From the human T2T-CHM13v2.0 reference genome, Homo sapiens: a stretch of 64,000 nt of DNA. The notes under the pieces were generated by a model that did not search any database, was not told the origin of the DNA, and saw only the letters and a program-made list of their open reading frames with translations. Of the stretch, positions 62,596 to 64,000 are shown one piece after another. The position numbers and the translations under genes are program-made. The stretch is taken from the NCBI RefSeq assembly GCF_009914755.1, contig NC_060942.1; one strand, 5' to 3'. Each line of letters opens with the position of its first letter. Position 1 is the stretch's first letter.

Positions 62596-64000
62596 TTAAA
62601 GCCACAATATCACTATTGAACATTTTTCTCGCATCATTTTGGCTGCCTTTCATCGGGTAATCATAACAGTTGTGTTATTACAAATGAAAATGTTCCTGGT
62701 ATCTTTGTAGCTCAAGTGCAATCTTATCAAAAGGGAAAATAAAAATGGAAATATAAAGCCACTCATAAGCACTGTAATCACATAGGCAATCAGAACAGCT
62801 CATTCCACTCAAAAAGGCGTTCTCAAAGTAGGTAGATAAGACCTTACATAAGGTACTCTTGAATCCATTCTATTTGGTGGTAATTTGCAAATGCATGTGC
62901 TTTTAATGGTTTACTTTAGCACACAGATGACTTGTGACACATCCCCACCACCAGGGTTCTAGAACACTGTTCAGAACCACTGTTACGCATTTCAGGAAGG
63001 CTGAGAAGAAAAACAGACAAGATTTCTCAAGAAGACAGAAAAGGCCAATAAGGGATTTTTAAAAAGTCAATTTTAGAAATAACTCAAGTGGAAAGAAGAA
63101 ACTGCCCTGTTAAGGAGCTGGACATAATGATCTTTCCCAGTCCACTTCTGGTCCATCCCCCTTGTGGCTCTATAAATTTGCTTCATAATTAAGCCACCAG
63201 CTGGTGGTGGCTCTGTCTGGTCCCAGCACTATACCCTCATCCCTGGCCAATTTTGATTTGGATGATTCAGACAGAGAGGGTGGCATCAGACCTCGAGTAG
63301 GTGCAGTGAGGGGTTACCAGAAATGACCTTGATCTCTTAATTTTACACTTCTGCCAATACTGTGGGGAGCCTGGAGAAAGTAACCAGTATGTCTTTGTCT
63401 GCAATTGAACCGCAAACACGTTTTTACTCAATTTTAGAAATCTGACTGCAGTCAAGTAATCAATAACCCTATTTCCAGTTAAAGATCCTTGTTTGGCCTA
63501 ATTCAGACAAATCAGGGGACAAACAAATTGATGTCTACTCTTTATTCATCTATGAGTTTAGGCTAATTGCTTGAGCTGTATTTCAATGAGATACCATGAA
63601 AATATGAAAACAGAGCTCCATGGACAGACACACTTGCAGAAGACAGCACCTTGCAACCCTCTCTTGGAAGTTCGGTGGATTTGCTTGTACATTAAAGGCT
63701 GTGAGAAGTCCTGTAGTAAATAAACTGATTTTATTTTATAAGTTAAATGTTTAAAATGCTTTAATATTTAAAATAGCTTTTCCAAAATTAATATAATCAT
63801 AGGCACTTTTTAAAAAATCACAGAACACTTATTAACATCAGTTAAGAAGTGCTGCACTGATACACATGCCTTTAGGAAGGGCAGCAAAACAGCACGTGGA
63901 GGAATTGACCTTTTTGAGCAAATATTTATTTTAAGTGTCTGCTTGGAACAGAGAACTTTACTGGACACTTGAACTACAAAGATAATTTACAGAAAGAGTA

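Noticed and set aside
63194-63207. 14-bp palindrome CCACCAGCTGGTGG (E-box/CTCF-like)
   Set aside because: A few palindromes with 7-bp arms are expected by chance in 64 kb, and the CTCF match is imperfect.

Overview
Human/primate genomic DNA carrying most of ATP8B1 (FIC1, a P4-ATPase phospholipid flippase) on the minus strand. There are 26 coding exons (exons 3-28 in the usual numbering), all GT-AG. Their lengths add up to one uninterrupted frame of 3575 nt ending at TGA 3092-3094, followed by a ~2 kb 3' UTR. The start-codon exon lies beyond base 64000. Introns are very repeat-rich: about 70 Alus by manual tally, plus L1, L2, MIR, LTR (MLT/MST/MER21/LTR33-like), MER20 and a piggyBac MER85. Nearly all ORFs in the supplied track are Alu or simple-repeat artefacts. 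I see no new protein-coding system. The most unusual structures are (1) a pre-tRNA-Gly(TCC)/AluY chimeric retrocopy nested in an Alu inside an L1, (2) a 112-bp non-Alu inverted duplication bracketing the in-frame exon 7+8 cassette, part of a templated-insertion scar, and (3) a perfect 16-bp hairpin masking a consensus splice donor. Repeat subfamily names and boundaries are by eye and approximate.
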